From assembly GCA_001179505.1 (NCBI GenBank), contig CDMY01000396.1:24416-88415 (forward strand): 64,000 bases of DNA. Direction: 5' to 3'. The notes below the pieces were generated by a model, which had not been told where the DNA came from, made no database searches, and saw only the letters and a list, made by a program, of their open reading frames with translations. The DNA is from Vitrella brassicaformis CCMP3155. Lineage: Eukaryota > Protista > Chromerida. The position numbers were made by a program, and so were the translations under genes. Every line of letters begins with the position of its first letter. Positions within the stretch are counted from its first letter, which is position 1. Of the stretch, positions 37,929 through 51,900 are shown in pieces.

Positions 37929-38964
37929 AGGAGTGAGAAGGAAGGGACGGCTGGAGGGATTCAATCATTGCCCTCCCTGCCCCGAGAGAGACATCATGTC
38001 ATTGTCATGAGGTGTGCGGCGAACGTTTTTTGCAAACTGTCTGTCTGTCTGTCTGTCTGTGTGTGTTCATGTGATGAGCTGTGTGTACCTCTCCACACAC
38101 ACATGTCTATGAGTGCGCGTGTGTGTGAATGCATGGCGGTGCCCTTCGTCCCGTCCCGCCCTTTGTATGTATGTCTTCATATTTGTTTGTCTGTGCACAC
38201 CACACACATGTGGGTAAGTATCTACATATCATGCATTGTGTTGGCTGGTTGGTTGGTTCGTCAGCATTGGTATTGACATTGGTGTCGGTGTCAGCATTGG
38301 TATTGCTAGGTAGAGTGTTTAATCTAATCTGCTGCGGAGCACGACAGACACGACCTGCGCAGGTACCTATCTCTCTATCTCTTTACTTGTGTGGCTCCTG
38401 AGTGCACTGCACTCACTGCACATGTTCTGTACGTCGTGTGCGTGTCCATCCATCCATCCACCACAGACATCCATTTTAATTCATGCGTGTGCTCGTCTCG
38501 CCTGCGTCCATGACACACATCCCTGGCATATGCACTCACTGCCACACACCTGACTGACGTGCATGACTCAAGGTTCCATCCCCCCCTCCCTCCCAGTGGG
38601 TGCCACGATCGATCACGGCAGGAGAGCGCTTCACGCACACCACTCAGGCACTCACGCACACAACACAGACAGGCACTGACTGACCAACTAAATATATGCT
38701 GCATTGCCTGCTCGGGTGGCGATTTGCATCTGCAGGGGCCACCAAAGCAATGCAAAGCAGCACCGAAGCAGCAAGCTAAGAAGCTAGCTGCCGAGGGAGG
38801 GAAAAAAGCAGCGACAGAGAAAAAGAGGAGGAACACCACACCACATCTGCTTCGCAGTCACCACACGTATAACACGCATACACATACAGTCAGTAGGTAG
38901 TCTACAGGTGGGTGGATGGCCGGACGGACGGACTGCAGCAAGCAAGAGCTATCGATGAGCTATC

Positions 38965-38995
<31 letters not shown>

Positions 38996-39048
38996 CAGAG
39001 AAAGGGATCTACACACACAGCCAGCCAGCCAGCCACCACATCAGTCAG

Positions 39049-41408
39049 TCACGCGCCCACCCTCCTCCCCCTCGCCCCTCCCGCTAATGCTGCTGCTGCT
39101 GCTGCTGGTGATGGTGGCTGCTCTTGTCGACAGCGGTGCTCACTGTCGATCCGCTTGTCGGAGCACCAGGACATCCACACCGACGCACCCACCAGGTAGT
39201 GCGCGGCGAACAAGGCAAACACCGCCCCCCATCTGTGGGCGTCGGACAGGCCGTACTCGTGGGCCTTCTCCAGCACGAAGCCCACGGCAGGCACCGCCAC
39301 CAGACCCCCGACCATCCCGCATGTGTTGCCGGCAGAGAACAGCAGGCCGGCCTTGCTGGGTGCCAGGTCCAGGTGATTCGCGCACATCGCACCTGCACAC
39401 GTGTGACACACACACACAGTGAGTGAGACAGACAAAGGCGGCCTGGGCTGTCTGTGCTTTGTCACATGGGTCCATCCATCCATCCATGGCACCGACCATA
39501 GGCGAAAGCGTGGCACCCGGCAGCCAGCGAGAGGAAGAGTGTCGCCTCGAGTGGTGTGGAGGCCACGAAGCCCACACCCAGCAGCCCCGTGGCGGCACCC
39601 ACCATGGCGAACACCTGCAGCACACGGCGGACCGTCCGCACGCGCCACCTGCACCACGAGGGATGCAATCAATAGGAAAGCAGGGACAGACGACAGACAG
39701 GCAAATTGGCGCTGACTGGCCGTCGGTCTGTCTGTCTGTGACTCTTCCTTCGGTGCTCCTTCCTGCACCGCACCTGGCGACGTTGATAAGGTGGTCGGCC
39801 AGTGTGCCGGCTGCGAAGCCGGTGCATGACTGCACGATGTAGGGCACACACGTGTAGTACCCAAGGCCGCTCATCGCAACGTGATACCTACACACACACA
39901 CACACACACACACAATCGAGACAACGATGGACTGACTGACACTTCTGCACGCACAGCTAGCACTCAGTCTCTCCCTTCTCACCGGTCGCTGACAAAAACC
40001 GGCAGCCAGTTGAGCAGCCCGATCAGCGGCCAGCAGTGGCAGTATTGCGCTATCAGCAGCGCCCACACAGACCTGTGCTGCAGGAAGTCCACCAGCACCC
40101 CCATCTCCCCATGCAGAGCCCCCCCTCGCCGCCGCCTGCCGTCCTCAGGCTTGCTGGTCCTTCGCGCGAGGCAGGGCATTGTCGGGCTGATGTCGCCCGC
40201 TGCTGCTGCTGACGCTGAGATCCCCTGTTCTTCATCTCGCCATGGGGTGGTTGCCTCCTCGTCGTAGAGGGACCCACCTAATGGTGGATGGGCTGCTGCC
40301 GCCTTTGTGCCGTTTGTATGGTCCTGGTGGTGGTCCTGGTGGGACAGCAGTGGTGAGGATGAGGGGGATGAGTCGTCTTGACGGTGATGGTTCTTGGTGG
40401 TGTTGTGGGGGAGTCTCCGTCTTGGGGATGTCGCCAGCCTGCCACCATCAGCCACAGAAGAAGATTGAGAAGGAGAAGAAGAAGAAGCCACGTGACCATC
40501 ACCACTGATGCCCTCATCGCCACTCATGGTTTTGTCTGGCTGCTTGACTGGTGCCAGCTCTCTGGCATCTCCCTGTCCCTCGTCTACACCCAATTCTGTG
40601 CCCATCCCGCACCATAAAGGTATCCACGGCACCGCCATCACAGCGTACACGTAAAACACCAAAGGCCACCCGCCCAGCAGCTGACTCTCGACCAACAGCG
40701 GCGTGATGAAGAAGGCAAGAACCACACCGGGATAAGCAGCAGCGGTCGTGGAGGCGGCCGCGATGGAGTGGAGGTTGGAGGGGACGTACTTGCCGATCAT
40801 GGCGTTGATGGCCGGAAAGGCAACGCCTTGAGAAGCGCCGACCACAAGCCGGACCAGAAAGATGAGCGGCAGGCCGCCGATTTTCACCTGATCATGACGA
40901 GAGGGGAGGGAGTCCGCAGGCAGTGAACTGCACTGGCGGTCATCTCATCATGCCCCTCTTCCTCTCTGCTCTGTCTGTGTGCCCCTCCCCTTACCGATAA
41001 AGGTGTGAGTGCGGTGGCGGCCGACCACACAATGATGCCCGCCAACAGCACCATCTGCCCCCCCATCGCGTCGGCAAGCCACCCTCCCAGCAGCTGGGCC
41101 GGCGCATACCCCCAGTAGAAGGCCTGCAGGACGAAGCCCTGCGTGGACTTGTCCCATGAGAACTCCCTCGCCATCGGCACCATCACGCTCGCAAGACACT
41201 GCCTGCAGGCCACCACACAGACACACAGACACACAGACAGACAGAAAGACGGTGAGGGACTCACTGGCCAGCCACACATGCATTGCATTGGCATGAGAAG
41301 CAGTCACCACTCAACTCACCGGCATAAGAAGTTGAGGAGCATACAGACTGAGCAGAGGGTGAGGAAGAGCGTCACGCGCCTCGTCCGTCGCCTCTCCTCT
41401 TGCCGCAT
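39049..41408 (-). CDS. MFS anion:cation symporter (SLC17/PHT4-like)
   Basis: FSWDKSTQGFVLQAFYWGYAPAQLLGGWLAD; GASQGVAFPAINAM; VWALLIAQYCHCW; NHLDLAPSKAGLLFSAGNT. Long central loop. Confidence 0.9.
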
Positions 41409-41742
41409 GGCAGCGGCGGGGCAAGTGGAAATGCTGTCGCGCGCTGACGCTGACCGGCCTCTAGTGAGCGGCTTCAGACAATCAAGCACCATCGTGGCCA
41501 CTCGAACAGAGCGTTGGAGAGAGTGTGTGGAAGCGATTTTTGAGCTAGCACCATGTCCTGGCACTGGACATCTCTGCAGTGGGGCTCAATGGGCTTGCTC
41601 TTTCGTTGCTTTCGCCTGATGCAAGGCTGCGCTTTGCTTGCAGCACCATGGCCATGCACTCACTTGGCGGCAAAACCGCCGCTCGTCATTCATCGATACA
41701 TCAGATGCTATCCACACACCGTCGTGTTGGATGTATCATATG

Positions 41743-43680
41743 TCAGTTGCTGCTGGTTCTCTCCTTGTCGGTGCCATGATTCTTTGTCTCAGCTATGGGT
41801 AAGAGGTAGTGAGTGGAGTGTTCCTCAGGCAGCAGCCTCTCTAGCTGTGGGGCCTTCTCGTACATCCCCAGCAGCCCACCCGTGTGGACGAACAGAATGC
41901 GCGAGCCCCTGAACCGACGCGGCTCCTCGCGCAGACACCGCAGCAACGCGTGGACAGCCTTGCCAGAATACACCTTTACACACACCACACACCACACACG
42001 GTGTCACACACAGGGTAGCGAGTGAGTGTTGCTGGCAGCTGTGTGTGCGTGTGTGGATTGGTCACTTACTGGGTCCAGGATGACTCCAGTGGCCTTTGCC
42101 ACTGTGGCGATGGTGTCGAGCTCCTCTGGTCGACTGATGCCGTACCCGAGGCCAGCGGCCTCCACCAGCGACACCAGGGACCGGCTCATCGGTCCATCGA
42201 CATGGCCCATCCCTACACACACACACATACACACAGGCATCTACTTCAGAAGCTCTCCTGAGCTCAGCTCCCATACTGCGTACCAGGGTAGATCTTGGTG
42301 TCGATGTGGTTGAAGAAGTAGCCCTCATTGTCGCACACACATATCCCGTGCACCCTGACGTCGCCCATCTGAGGGCTGAGGTGACACCCGAGTGCGGTGC
42401 CGGCCAGGCTGCCGCCGCTGCCGCATGCTATCACGATGTCAGTGATGCCCAGCGGGTCGGCCGCCAGCTGCTGCTCCAGCTCGCGGACCATCTCGATGTA
42501 CCCCCACGTGCCCAGTGCGTTTGAGCCGCCCACAGGTATCCTGAGTGAAGGGATAGACACACACAACATCATGTGGGGGAGGTGTTGTTGGTTGGTTCGG
42601 TGTGGTGATTGATCGGCTGATTGATTGCCTGACTGCTTACTTATAAGGGTTCTTGCCCTGTTGCCTTAGCTGGGACACCACCATGTCGAGCAGCTTCTCG
42701 CTGCACACACACACAGACATCCAATCATCCAGCCAGCCAGCAAGCCATCAATGGTCGTGATGGCCTCCATCCATCTCTTTTTGTGAGTGTGTGCGCGTCT
42801 GTATCTGTGTGTGATGGCCTGTGGGTTGTCTGTCCACGCCACGCACCTGCCATGGTGTCTGTATTCGGCCTTTGACACGAGCCACAGCCTCGAGTCCATC
42901 AAACGGTCGACCAACAGATTGCCCGTCAACCCCGCTGACTGCACGACCAAACACACAACACAACACAGCTTCCCTCCCTCCCTCCCTGTGTCCTCCGCGT
43001 CTGTCTGTCTGTATGTGGTCTGGCTCACCCACCGACCGGTTTGTCGGTGTCAGTGTGTGTCTTCTCGGGTATCCTCAGAATCAAATGTGGCTCCAGGCCA
43101 AACATCCGTGCGGCCACTGCCGTGGCGCGGCAATGATTCGACTGAATGCCGCCAATCTGACAAACAGAACAGACACACAGATCCTGTTAGTTAGGCTTGA
43201 CCACCATTGTGGCGTGTTTGCGGTGCGGTTGCTGACCGTGACGACACTGTCATGCCCCCTGTCCACCGCATCAGCCATCAGAAACTCCAGCTTCCGCACC
43301 TGAACCAACGAACGAACGAACGAACGAACGAACGAACGAACCAACGAACGAACGAACGAACGAACGAACGAAGCGGCGAGTGGAATGATCGTGTATGAGT
43401 GACTGGTTGGCTAGTCAGTACATACTGACTTTGTTCCCGCTGAGCTCCACGCCTGTGAAGTCGTCTCTCTTGATCCACAGCTCCACACCGGCAGGCAGAC
43501 CAGGCACTGACCAGGGCCTGCACCACACGTCCATCCATCCATCCAACCTTGGTACCCATTCATGGGTCGTTGGTACGTGATGGGTGTGGGTGCGCCTATT
43601 GCGAGTGCTGTCCGCAGCTTGGGCGGCGTCAGATGTGCGGCCCATGATGGCGGCTTGTAAGGGTGAAGGGCAGGAGGCAT
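41743..43680 (-). CDS. D-cysteine desulfhydrase (PLP-dependent, ACC deaminase family)
   Basis: WIKRDDFTGVELSGNK|VRKLEFL; SNHCRATA; IPVGGSNALGTWGY; ACGSGGS; LDP|VYSGKA and HTGG (DCD-type S/T rather than ACC-deaminase E/L). Start uncertain. Confidence 0.9.
43303..43372. repeat. (AACG)n microsatellite in a D-cysteine desulfhydrase intron
   Basis: About 17 AACG/AACC units. Confidence 0.95.
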
Positions 43681-44104
43681 CACAATGGGCGGAGCGGACG
43701 ACACCCTCCAAGGACCAATGTGTGTATTTATGTATCTGCAAAGAGAAACAACGCGCAGACAGATGGTCATGCCCTTTGCCTGGGGACAGTGCATTGCTGG
43801 CGTGCCATTCCTTACCTTACTTACCGGGACGGGCCCTTTCAGATGAGATGTGGTGCGCCACCTCAGGGCGGAACAAGCTTTTCATTGACAAAACCTTCCA
43901 TCAAGTGACAAGATCTGCTTATTGCTGCAACCGTGCGACAAGATCTGTATGTTACTGCGCTGAGCCATGCTTCCGCGAAAGCCGCCCGGAGGGCTGCGAG
44001 CTTCGAGTGGATTGACAAAGCGGAGATCTGAGCTTCTCCAAAGGACGGTGCACTGACTGTTCGAGTAGCATCTTTGAATAGCGAAAGAAGCAGCAGAAAA
44101 GACG

Positions 44105-45041
44105 ATGATTCTCCGGTGCACGGCAGCGTCGTTTCTGCTCCTGCTGGGCACTGCGGATGTGGCCACGGGCGACAGCACAGCCAAGAGCGCCGTGCGCGTT
44201 CTGACAGATGCAAACTTCGAACACGACACACAGGTAAGGTAGGTAATGGGAGCGGAGCCCTGCCCTCTGGCAAACAAAACACTTGTGCATGCCTGTGCGG
44301 GTGTTTGTGTGTTGATGTTGGTCGATGAATGCCGTCAGGCGTCAAGCGGTGCGACAACAGGCGATTGGTTCATCGAGTTCTACGCTAATTGGTCTACCTA
44401 CGCAGAAAGAGAGAGACTCATCAGGGTGGATGGATGGACTCGTCACTTGTCACTCAGGTGTGGTCACTGCCAGCGGCTGCAGCCGACCTGGGAGGAGCTA
44501 GCAGCCAACCTTAAGGGCCGCGTGGTGGTGGCCAAGGTCGACTGCGACGCCAACACATCCACACGAAGCAGATTCAACATCCAGGTGAGTGAGGTGCCTG
44601 CCTGCCTGCCTGACGACAGACAAGATCGATCACCAGAGGGAGGGGGATGATATGTATGGCTCAATCCAATCCGCCGTCCGTTCCCCTCCCTTACTCTCTC
44701 AGGGCTTCCCGACGCTGCTGCTTCTGCGTCAGGGCCGCATGTATGAGTACAAGGGTGCCCGCGACCTGGCGGCCCTCGAGGCCTTCGCCACAGGGGGGTA
44801 CAAAAAGACGCCCGGCAAGCCCGTCCCGCCCCCCGAGTCGCTGCTGGACCAGCTCAAGAAGGAGGCCATGCTGCTGCTGGACATGAGCATGAGGTTCGCC
44901 AAGGAGCACCCGGTGCATGTGGGTGTGGCCGTGGGTGTGTCGGTGATGCTGGGGACGGTATTCTCGCTGCTGATGATGGTGCTGACGCGACGGAAGCGGA
45001 CGGGCGGTGAGGTGGCGCCGGAGGAGAAGAAGACTGAGTGA
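44105..45041 (+). CDS. TMX-like ER membrane thioredoxin/PDI-family protein, 4 exons
   Basis: Signal peptide [15 protein letters not shown]; [12 protein letters not shown]; active site W|CGHC (an intron splits the Trp codon); C-terminal TM; ends KKTE (KKxx ER-retrieval signal). Confidence 0.9.
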
Positions 45042-45757
45042 TTGGGGTGAGTGGTGTGTAGGGGGTTGTGTACAAAAGTAATGAAGGCAGCACTGACTGC
45101 AGGGTGTTTGTTTATTGTGTATGTCGCGCTTCGTCGTATCCATCGGCTTTCCACAGCCATGCATATGCATACGGTCGGACATCTGGTCGTTGTCATCGTG
45201 GGGTGCATGAGGCACAGCCCCTGTCACGTCACGAGGGCTGTCGTCATCTCATACACCTCACGACGACAAAGGTCAAGTGTCCAGGCGTGTGACGGCAGTG
45301 AGTGAGTTGTATAACTTTTGTGTCTTCGTATGTGTGGGCGATGGACAGTGCATCCACTCGCATGCGCGTGCACAATAGATTCCGATTCCGCGTGATATAA
45401 CGTATCAGATCCTTCTCTCTCTCATCAGCCAACTCACAAACTTCGCTGCACGCAGGTCGGCATCTGTTTGCCTATCTATCACGCCCTCGTGAGCACACAC
45501 CCCTTGGGTCAAAAGAGGCCGGCCAGTAGGAGGCAAAGAAGCAAACAGGTGGCAACCCATATCGCAGCAGAAGCGAAAAGAGAAAATGTCAGCAGCAACA
45601 ACGGCCTGCCCAAAAGACGGCAGGCGCTCATCCTGGTGCTACACCAAGCGACACCGCACGAAAAAGCGTCCCATCTCTCTCTCTCTCTCTCTCTCGTATA
45701 CGCCAAAAATCTCGATCTCGACTTTTCTCCCTCTGTCTGTCTCTGTGACCGACCGAA

Positions 45758-48700
45758 CTAAAGCGTGTCAAACAGGTGGGGGTGCTCTTCCTTCATCTCC
45801 TTCAGCGCCGCCATGTCCATGTGCTGATACCGATACGCCCCCCCGCCCTCCTCTGCCTCTATCCTCGGCAACGGAGGCGGCGCCACACTCACATGCATAT
45901 GGTGAGGGGGCGTCGAGCCGTCCCCATGGTGGCGATCCAGCAGACTCTCGGCCACACCCTGGTTCAGCAAGGCACCCCCCAAATCGCTCTGGTACCGCCG
46001 GAACCGCCACACGTGTATGCGGTGTCGGAGTGACCGCGCCACCCATCGCTTCCTCAGCCCCATGCCGCGCTTCAGCCGCAGGAGGGCGTGGAAGCGCGCG
46101 GCCCGTCTGGAGGCGGCGAACTTCTCGGGTCTAAAGAAGACGAATGAGACGGCCGCGAGGAGGCCGACGGCGATCCCGCAGACGCCCACCGCAGTCATGC
46201 CGGTGCGGACGGATAAGGCGGGAGCCACGCCCAGTATCACGGGACCTGAGAACCGAGATAGAAGGGAGAGATGCGCGTGCATGTGCATGTGCATGTGGGT
46301 GTGGGTGTGGGTGTGGGGAGAGGTGAGATAACCGACCTAGGAACATGCCGAGGTGTCCGGCGACCTCGAGGCAGCTCTGCATCTTGCCGAACGAGCTGGT
46401 CAGCCCGCGATCCATCGCATACTGACACACATGGCAGTACAGGACACACACACACCACTCCATCGCTCCCCCTCTCTCTCCCTCCCTCCCTCCCTCCCTC
46501 CCTCTCTCCCTCTCTACATCGCCCTCCCTTGTGTCTCCCTCCCCTGTGTGCCGTGACCGCCAACCACCCACACCCACCTGCATCGAGAAGGCCTGGGACA
46601 GAGGGTCATATATGCCATAGCTCACGCCAAACAGAGCCAGCCACGCCACTTCGCTGTCGGTGCCCTCCGTCCCCCTCAGAATGAGATATAGCGAGACACC
46701 TCCCACAAGCACCGACACCACACACAGAAGGTACAGCGGCCGGGACGTCTTGCGGGACAGAAAGGGGATGAAGATGGGCACCACCAGCCCCTCTATGACT
46801 TTGCAGGCCGTCAGGGGCAGCAGCAGGACGCCCGAGCGAGACGCGTCGAGGTTGTAGGCCTGCTTCCAGTGCACTGGGAGGACACTGAAGAGCGCGGCGA
46901 GGGCGCAGTAGACCCACAGCTCGCTCATGAGCAACACGCCGAAGTGCCACTCCATGAGCACACGGTAGCTGGTGGGCCCGGCTTCACTCGCCAAACTCGC
47001 CATCGAGTCAGCCAAACCCACCACAGCCGGCTGCTGGGAAGGGGCGGCGCCCACACTCACACCCACACCCACACCCTCCACAGCCACCCCCTGTTCGCTG
47101 TCCCTCGACCTTGGCCATGGTGGTGGTTCCGGTTTCCTCGTGTCGACTGCTTCTGTGGCTGTGGGCACCGCCACTGACGGCTCTGTCTTGGATCGTCTCT
47201 CCAGCGGCGCAGGGCGTGCCGCCTCTGCCTCAGGTGAGGAGGGGCTCTGTGAGGCCCTCGACGAGAGCCACATGGAGATGGGCGCGGCGGTGGAGTCGCG
47301 CCGACGGCCGCAGACCGACAGCTGGGACTCATCCAACAGCTGGTCGTTCTGGCCGTCTCCCTCTCCCTCTTGCTGCTGCTGCTCCTTTGCAAATTGCTTG
47401 TGGTTGTCTCGGTGGAGAGAGAGGTTCGGCTGTGGCTGTGGCTGTGGCTGTGGGTGGTGGTTGTTGCACTCGATGTCGTCGACCTCTGTCATGTGTGGCA
47501 CGTCCCATGGGGGAGATTGTGGCGGGAGTGCTGAGAAGGTGTCGACCGCGATGACGGCCCGGTGGTCGTTGGCGGCGAGGGAGCTCCACTGACGCTTCTG
47601 AGTGTGGTCGTCGGGCGGTTTCCTCTCGACAATGGCACCACCGCCGCCGACATCCACCCACTCTTCTGCAACACACACCCACACCCACACCCACACCCAC
47701 ACCCACCATCTCTATGTCACACAAACAACACTTCCTCGGCACACGCACCTTCTTGGCTTTTCCTCGGTTCCAGCTTGAGAGGTGACAGAAGAGAAGAACC
47801 GACTTTGCCGTCGGTGTCGCCTTCGCCGCTTCGATGGCTGGCGGTGAGGGGCGAGGGGAAGGACGGAGCCAGTGGGACGTAGTCGGCCGTGGGCGACTGC
47901 CTGTGCGGGTCCGCCACCTCGTCGCCAGCCCGCGATGGCGACCATAGCTGGAGCAGGTCGTCGAGGTCATCCTCCATGACGTCCTCCGTCGGAAACAGAG
48001 GCTGGAGCGCCGCTAAGATGAGACACACAAGCCAATGCGCGACATACTCATGTGCACATGATGAGTCCTCCCTCCTGACCTGCCAGGGCCCACACAGACA
48101 AGGTGAGCAACACGAGGCTACCAAAGGCGAGCCAAGAGCCCCCACCATCGTAGAGAAAACCCCCGAGAGCAGGGCCGATCACACTGCCGGCATCGGCAGT
48201 GAGCACCAGCGCCCCCAAGGCCGCGCTGTGCTCCCGCTTGTGGGTGCAGATGATGGCCGTCAGCCCGGCCGCCCACATGAATGAGTCGGCGATGCCCTGC
48301 AGGAACCTGCCGATGGCGAACACAGCTACCTTGGCATAGAAAGCGGCGGACAGGGGCTCGGTGGGCGGTGGGGCGGTGGACGGATGGTTGTAGAGAAAGG
48401 CAAAGGCACCCACCACAAAGAAGACATACTGATGGCACAGCGACACACACAGACGCCAGCCAAATGATCTATAGATAGCTGGCCGTTTGCCGTTCTCTGA
48501 GTGTTGTGTTTTGGCCCATCACATAGTATTACCGGTATGCCGATGGTGGATCTCCATCCCTTGACGTCTACCAGGTGACCCACAAAGGCGGCAGAGAGCA
48601 GCGACGCCGCAGGCCGCACCATATAGACCACAGCCAGCTCCAAATCGGCTTGAGGACCGAACAGGTGCGGCAGTACGGGGGTGATCATAGTATTTGCCAA

Positions 48701-48766
48701 CTGAGAAATGAAGATGGTCAGCCACACGCAGATCAGCAGCCCGTACTGAATTGACCCGCCAGGCAT
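45758..48766 (-). CDS. MFS transporter (DHA1/SLC18-like) with a very long central loop
   Basis: FISQLANTMITPVLP; VGHLVDVKG; GRFLQGIADSF; GSVIGPALGGFLYDGGG; VLPVHWKQAYNL. Confidence 0.8.
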
Positions 48767-48936
48767 CTTCGAGCCGGATGGATGAATCAGACACAGCGAC
48801 GACTCACATCGAAACATCCGGAGGGAAATCCGACGCGTGTGGCGAGACAAGCGCGCAACCGATCGCCAGCAGATCTCATCGTTTCTGCGCTTGTGGCTTA
48901 TCCCAGCAGAGGCAGTGTGACCTTGATCTTGCCGCC

Positions 48937-51900
48937 ATGGCACCGGTATCGTGGATGTTGGTGATATCCGCCCTTGCCCTGACCACGGAGGGCATCAATG
49001 GGTTCAGTGTGAGGCGAGAGCCTGCCTTCGTCATGCACTCGGGGAGGGTGACGAGCACGAACGGCAGGAGCAGCAGTGCGGTGCACCAGCCACGACAGCA
49101 CATCCGGCCGTCGACGACACGTCTTCGCATGAGCACTGCGGTGAGTGAGAGTAAGATGGAAGGATGCCATGAGGCACTGACGACGGCAGAGCGGACGGAC
49201 GGACGAAGATCTGCGCTTTACTTTGTTTCTTCGTGCATTCTGTGTGTGTGTGGCTGTGTTTGTGTGTGTCTGTTGGTGTGTGTGTGTGCAGGTTGCCGAG
49301 GCGCCTCAGGCAGAGGCTCCTGAGACCGAGGAGACGGAAACATACGCCTTTCAGGTCGGCAAGCCAAGCCACCTGCAGGCAGACGCGCACTCCACTCTCA
49401 ATCGCCAGTGAGTGCTGTTTGTTTCCCTTTTTGTGTGTCGATTGTCTGTCTATCAGGCTGAGGTGTCGCGTGTGATGGACATCATTGTGAATTCGCTCTA
49501 CACCGACAAGGACGTCTTCCTGCGGGAGCTGGTCTCCAACGCCGCAGATGCGTGTGACAAGAGGAAGCTCCTCATGATGAAGGAGGGCGTCTACAACGGA
49601 GAGGGCGGCGTCAAAATCAAGGTAGGTACGGAGGAGAGGACGGGCCCGCCTGTGTGGGTGGGGGTGCAGGATTCACATCTTACTCTCTCTCTCTCTCTCT
49701 GTCTGTCTGTGTGTGTGTGTGTGTGTGTGTGTGATAGGCCGACAAGGAGCAGAAGGTCTTGGTTGTGGAGGACGCGGGCATCGGTATGAACAAGACGGAG
49801 CTCGTCAACAACCTCGGCACCATCGCTCAGTCAGGCACGGCCAAGTTCCTACAACAGGTGGGCACGTACGTGGGACGGACGCTATGCGATGCCACCAACA
49901 CGCCCCCGCTCCTCTCCCCGGCACGCACTGTTCTGTCCTTGTGTGTGTATACGTGTGTGTATGTGCGTGTAGGTCGCCGAGGGCTCGGTTGAGAGCAGTC
50001 TGATCGGTCAGTTCGGTGTGGGCTTCTACTCGTCCTTCCTGGTGGCCGACAAAGTGGAGGTGGTGTCCAAGCGATTCGGGGACAAACAACATCGGTATGT
50101 AGTGAATGGATGGACACACACAGGCCTGGCCTGCAGAGCAGAGAGGCATCCAATCAATCCACATGAGATGTGTGTGTGTGTGTGAGTGCACTCACTGCAG
50201 GTGGTGTTCCGTGCCTGGTGGGACTTTCACTGTCGGACCTGACAACTCAGAGGAGATCGAAGGTGAGGTACACACACATAACCAATCCATCCAACTGCTG
50301 AGCTCTTCCTTCCTCGGTGCCTGTGCGTGTGGGGGGGCGGGGCGGGGCGGGGCTGGCAGGTTCTGGGACACGCATCATCTTGCATCTCAAGGAGGACTGC
50401 GACGAGTACCTGGAGGACTACAAGATCAAAGAACTGCTCAGGAAATACTCTGAGTTCATTCAGTTCCCAATCTCGGTGATTAAGGCAGCCAAGCTTGCCA
50501 AGCCAAGCCACCTATCAACACCATTAACACCATCAACACAACATCCACTCGGGCAGGCAGGCCACCGACACATTGTGTCGTTGGTGTAATGTGTTGTGTG
50601 CAGGTGTGGTCAGAGAAGGTCGACTATGAGCGCGTGCCCGACCCCGATGCACCCAGCAAGCCCGGCGAGACACCCAAGATGAAAACCGTTACAAAGCGGT
50701 GAGTGAGTAAATGCCAGCAGCCCTCCTCCCCCTCCCCCCGTCTCCCCGCCCCCATCTCTCTCTCTCTCCGTGTGTGTGTGTGTGGGTGTGTGTGTGTGTG
50801 GTAGTTACTTTGAGTGGGAGCGCGTCAACACGCAGCCGCCCATATGGCGTCGCAATCCGGCCGACCTTGTGGACGACGACTACAACGAGTTCTATAAGTC
50901 GACCTTCAAGGCCTACGACGACCCCCTCGGCTACATCCACTTCAAAGTGGAGGGGCAGGTGGAGTTCTCGAGTGTCCTGTTCATCCCCGGGAGCATCCCC
51001 TGGGAGCTGACAAGGAACATGTTCGATGACGACAGCAGGGGGATTCGGCTCTATGTCAAGCGCGTGTTCATCAACGACAAGTTCCAGGAGGCCATTCCTC
51101 GGTCGGTGAGGGATGGATCGCTTTGATGGATGGCTTCATGTCAGTCACCACCACACTCTCTCCCTCTCTCTCTGTGTGTGTATGTGTGTGCAGGTGGCTG
51201 ACCTTCATCCGAGGTGTGGTGGACAGCGAGGATCTGCCCTTGAACGTCGGCCGCGAGATCCTGCAGAAGAGCAAGATGCTGACGATCATCAACAAGCGCA
51301 TCACCAACAAGGCCATCGACATGATCCGCAAAATACGCGACAAGGGCGGCGACCAGTGGAACAAGTTCTGGGAAAACTTCGGAAAATACCTCAAGGTGCG
51401 CTGCGCTGCGCTCTCTGTGTGCCGAGACGCAGCCTAACCTGCAGAGAGAGATGGATGGATGGATGGACGGACGGATGGATGGAGACATGAATCACATGCC
51501 TCATCCTGTGTGTGTGTTTGTCAGGTGGGTGTGGTTGAGGACCGTGACAACCAGGAGATTATCGCCTCCCTCCTGCAATTCTGGTCGTCCTCATCAGGCA
51601 CCGAACGAATCGACCTCGGTGACACACCCACACCTACACCCACACCCACACACACATGCCTTTCCCTCTCTGTGTGTGTCTCCCTGGCTCAGATGGGTAC
51701 ATCGAGCGGATGAAGCCCAACCAAACGGCCATTTACTACATAGCTGCCGAGAGCCGCAAGGCCGCCGAGGAGTCGCCGGCTTTGGAGAAGCTGCGGAAGC
51801 TCAAGTACGAGGTGCTGTACCTGACGGAGCCGCTCGACGAGTTCTGCATGCAGTCCCTCGGCATCAACAAATTCAGGGGCAAGGAGGTCATCGATGTCAC

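Noticed and set aside
41743-43680. ACC deaminase call
   Set aside because: The diagnostic positions are Ser (VYSGKA) and Thr (HTGG), matching D-cysteine desulfhydrase rather than the Glu/Leu of true ACC deaminases.
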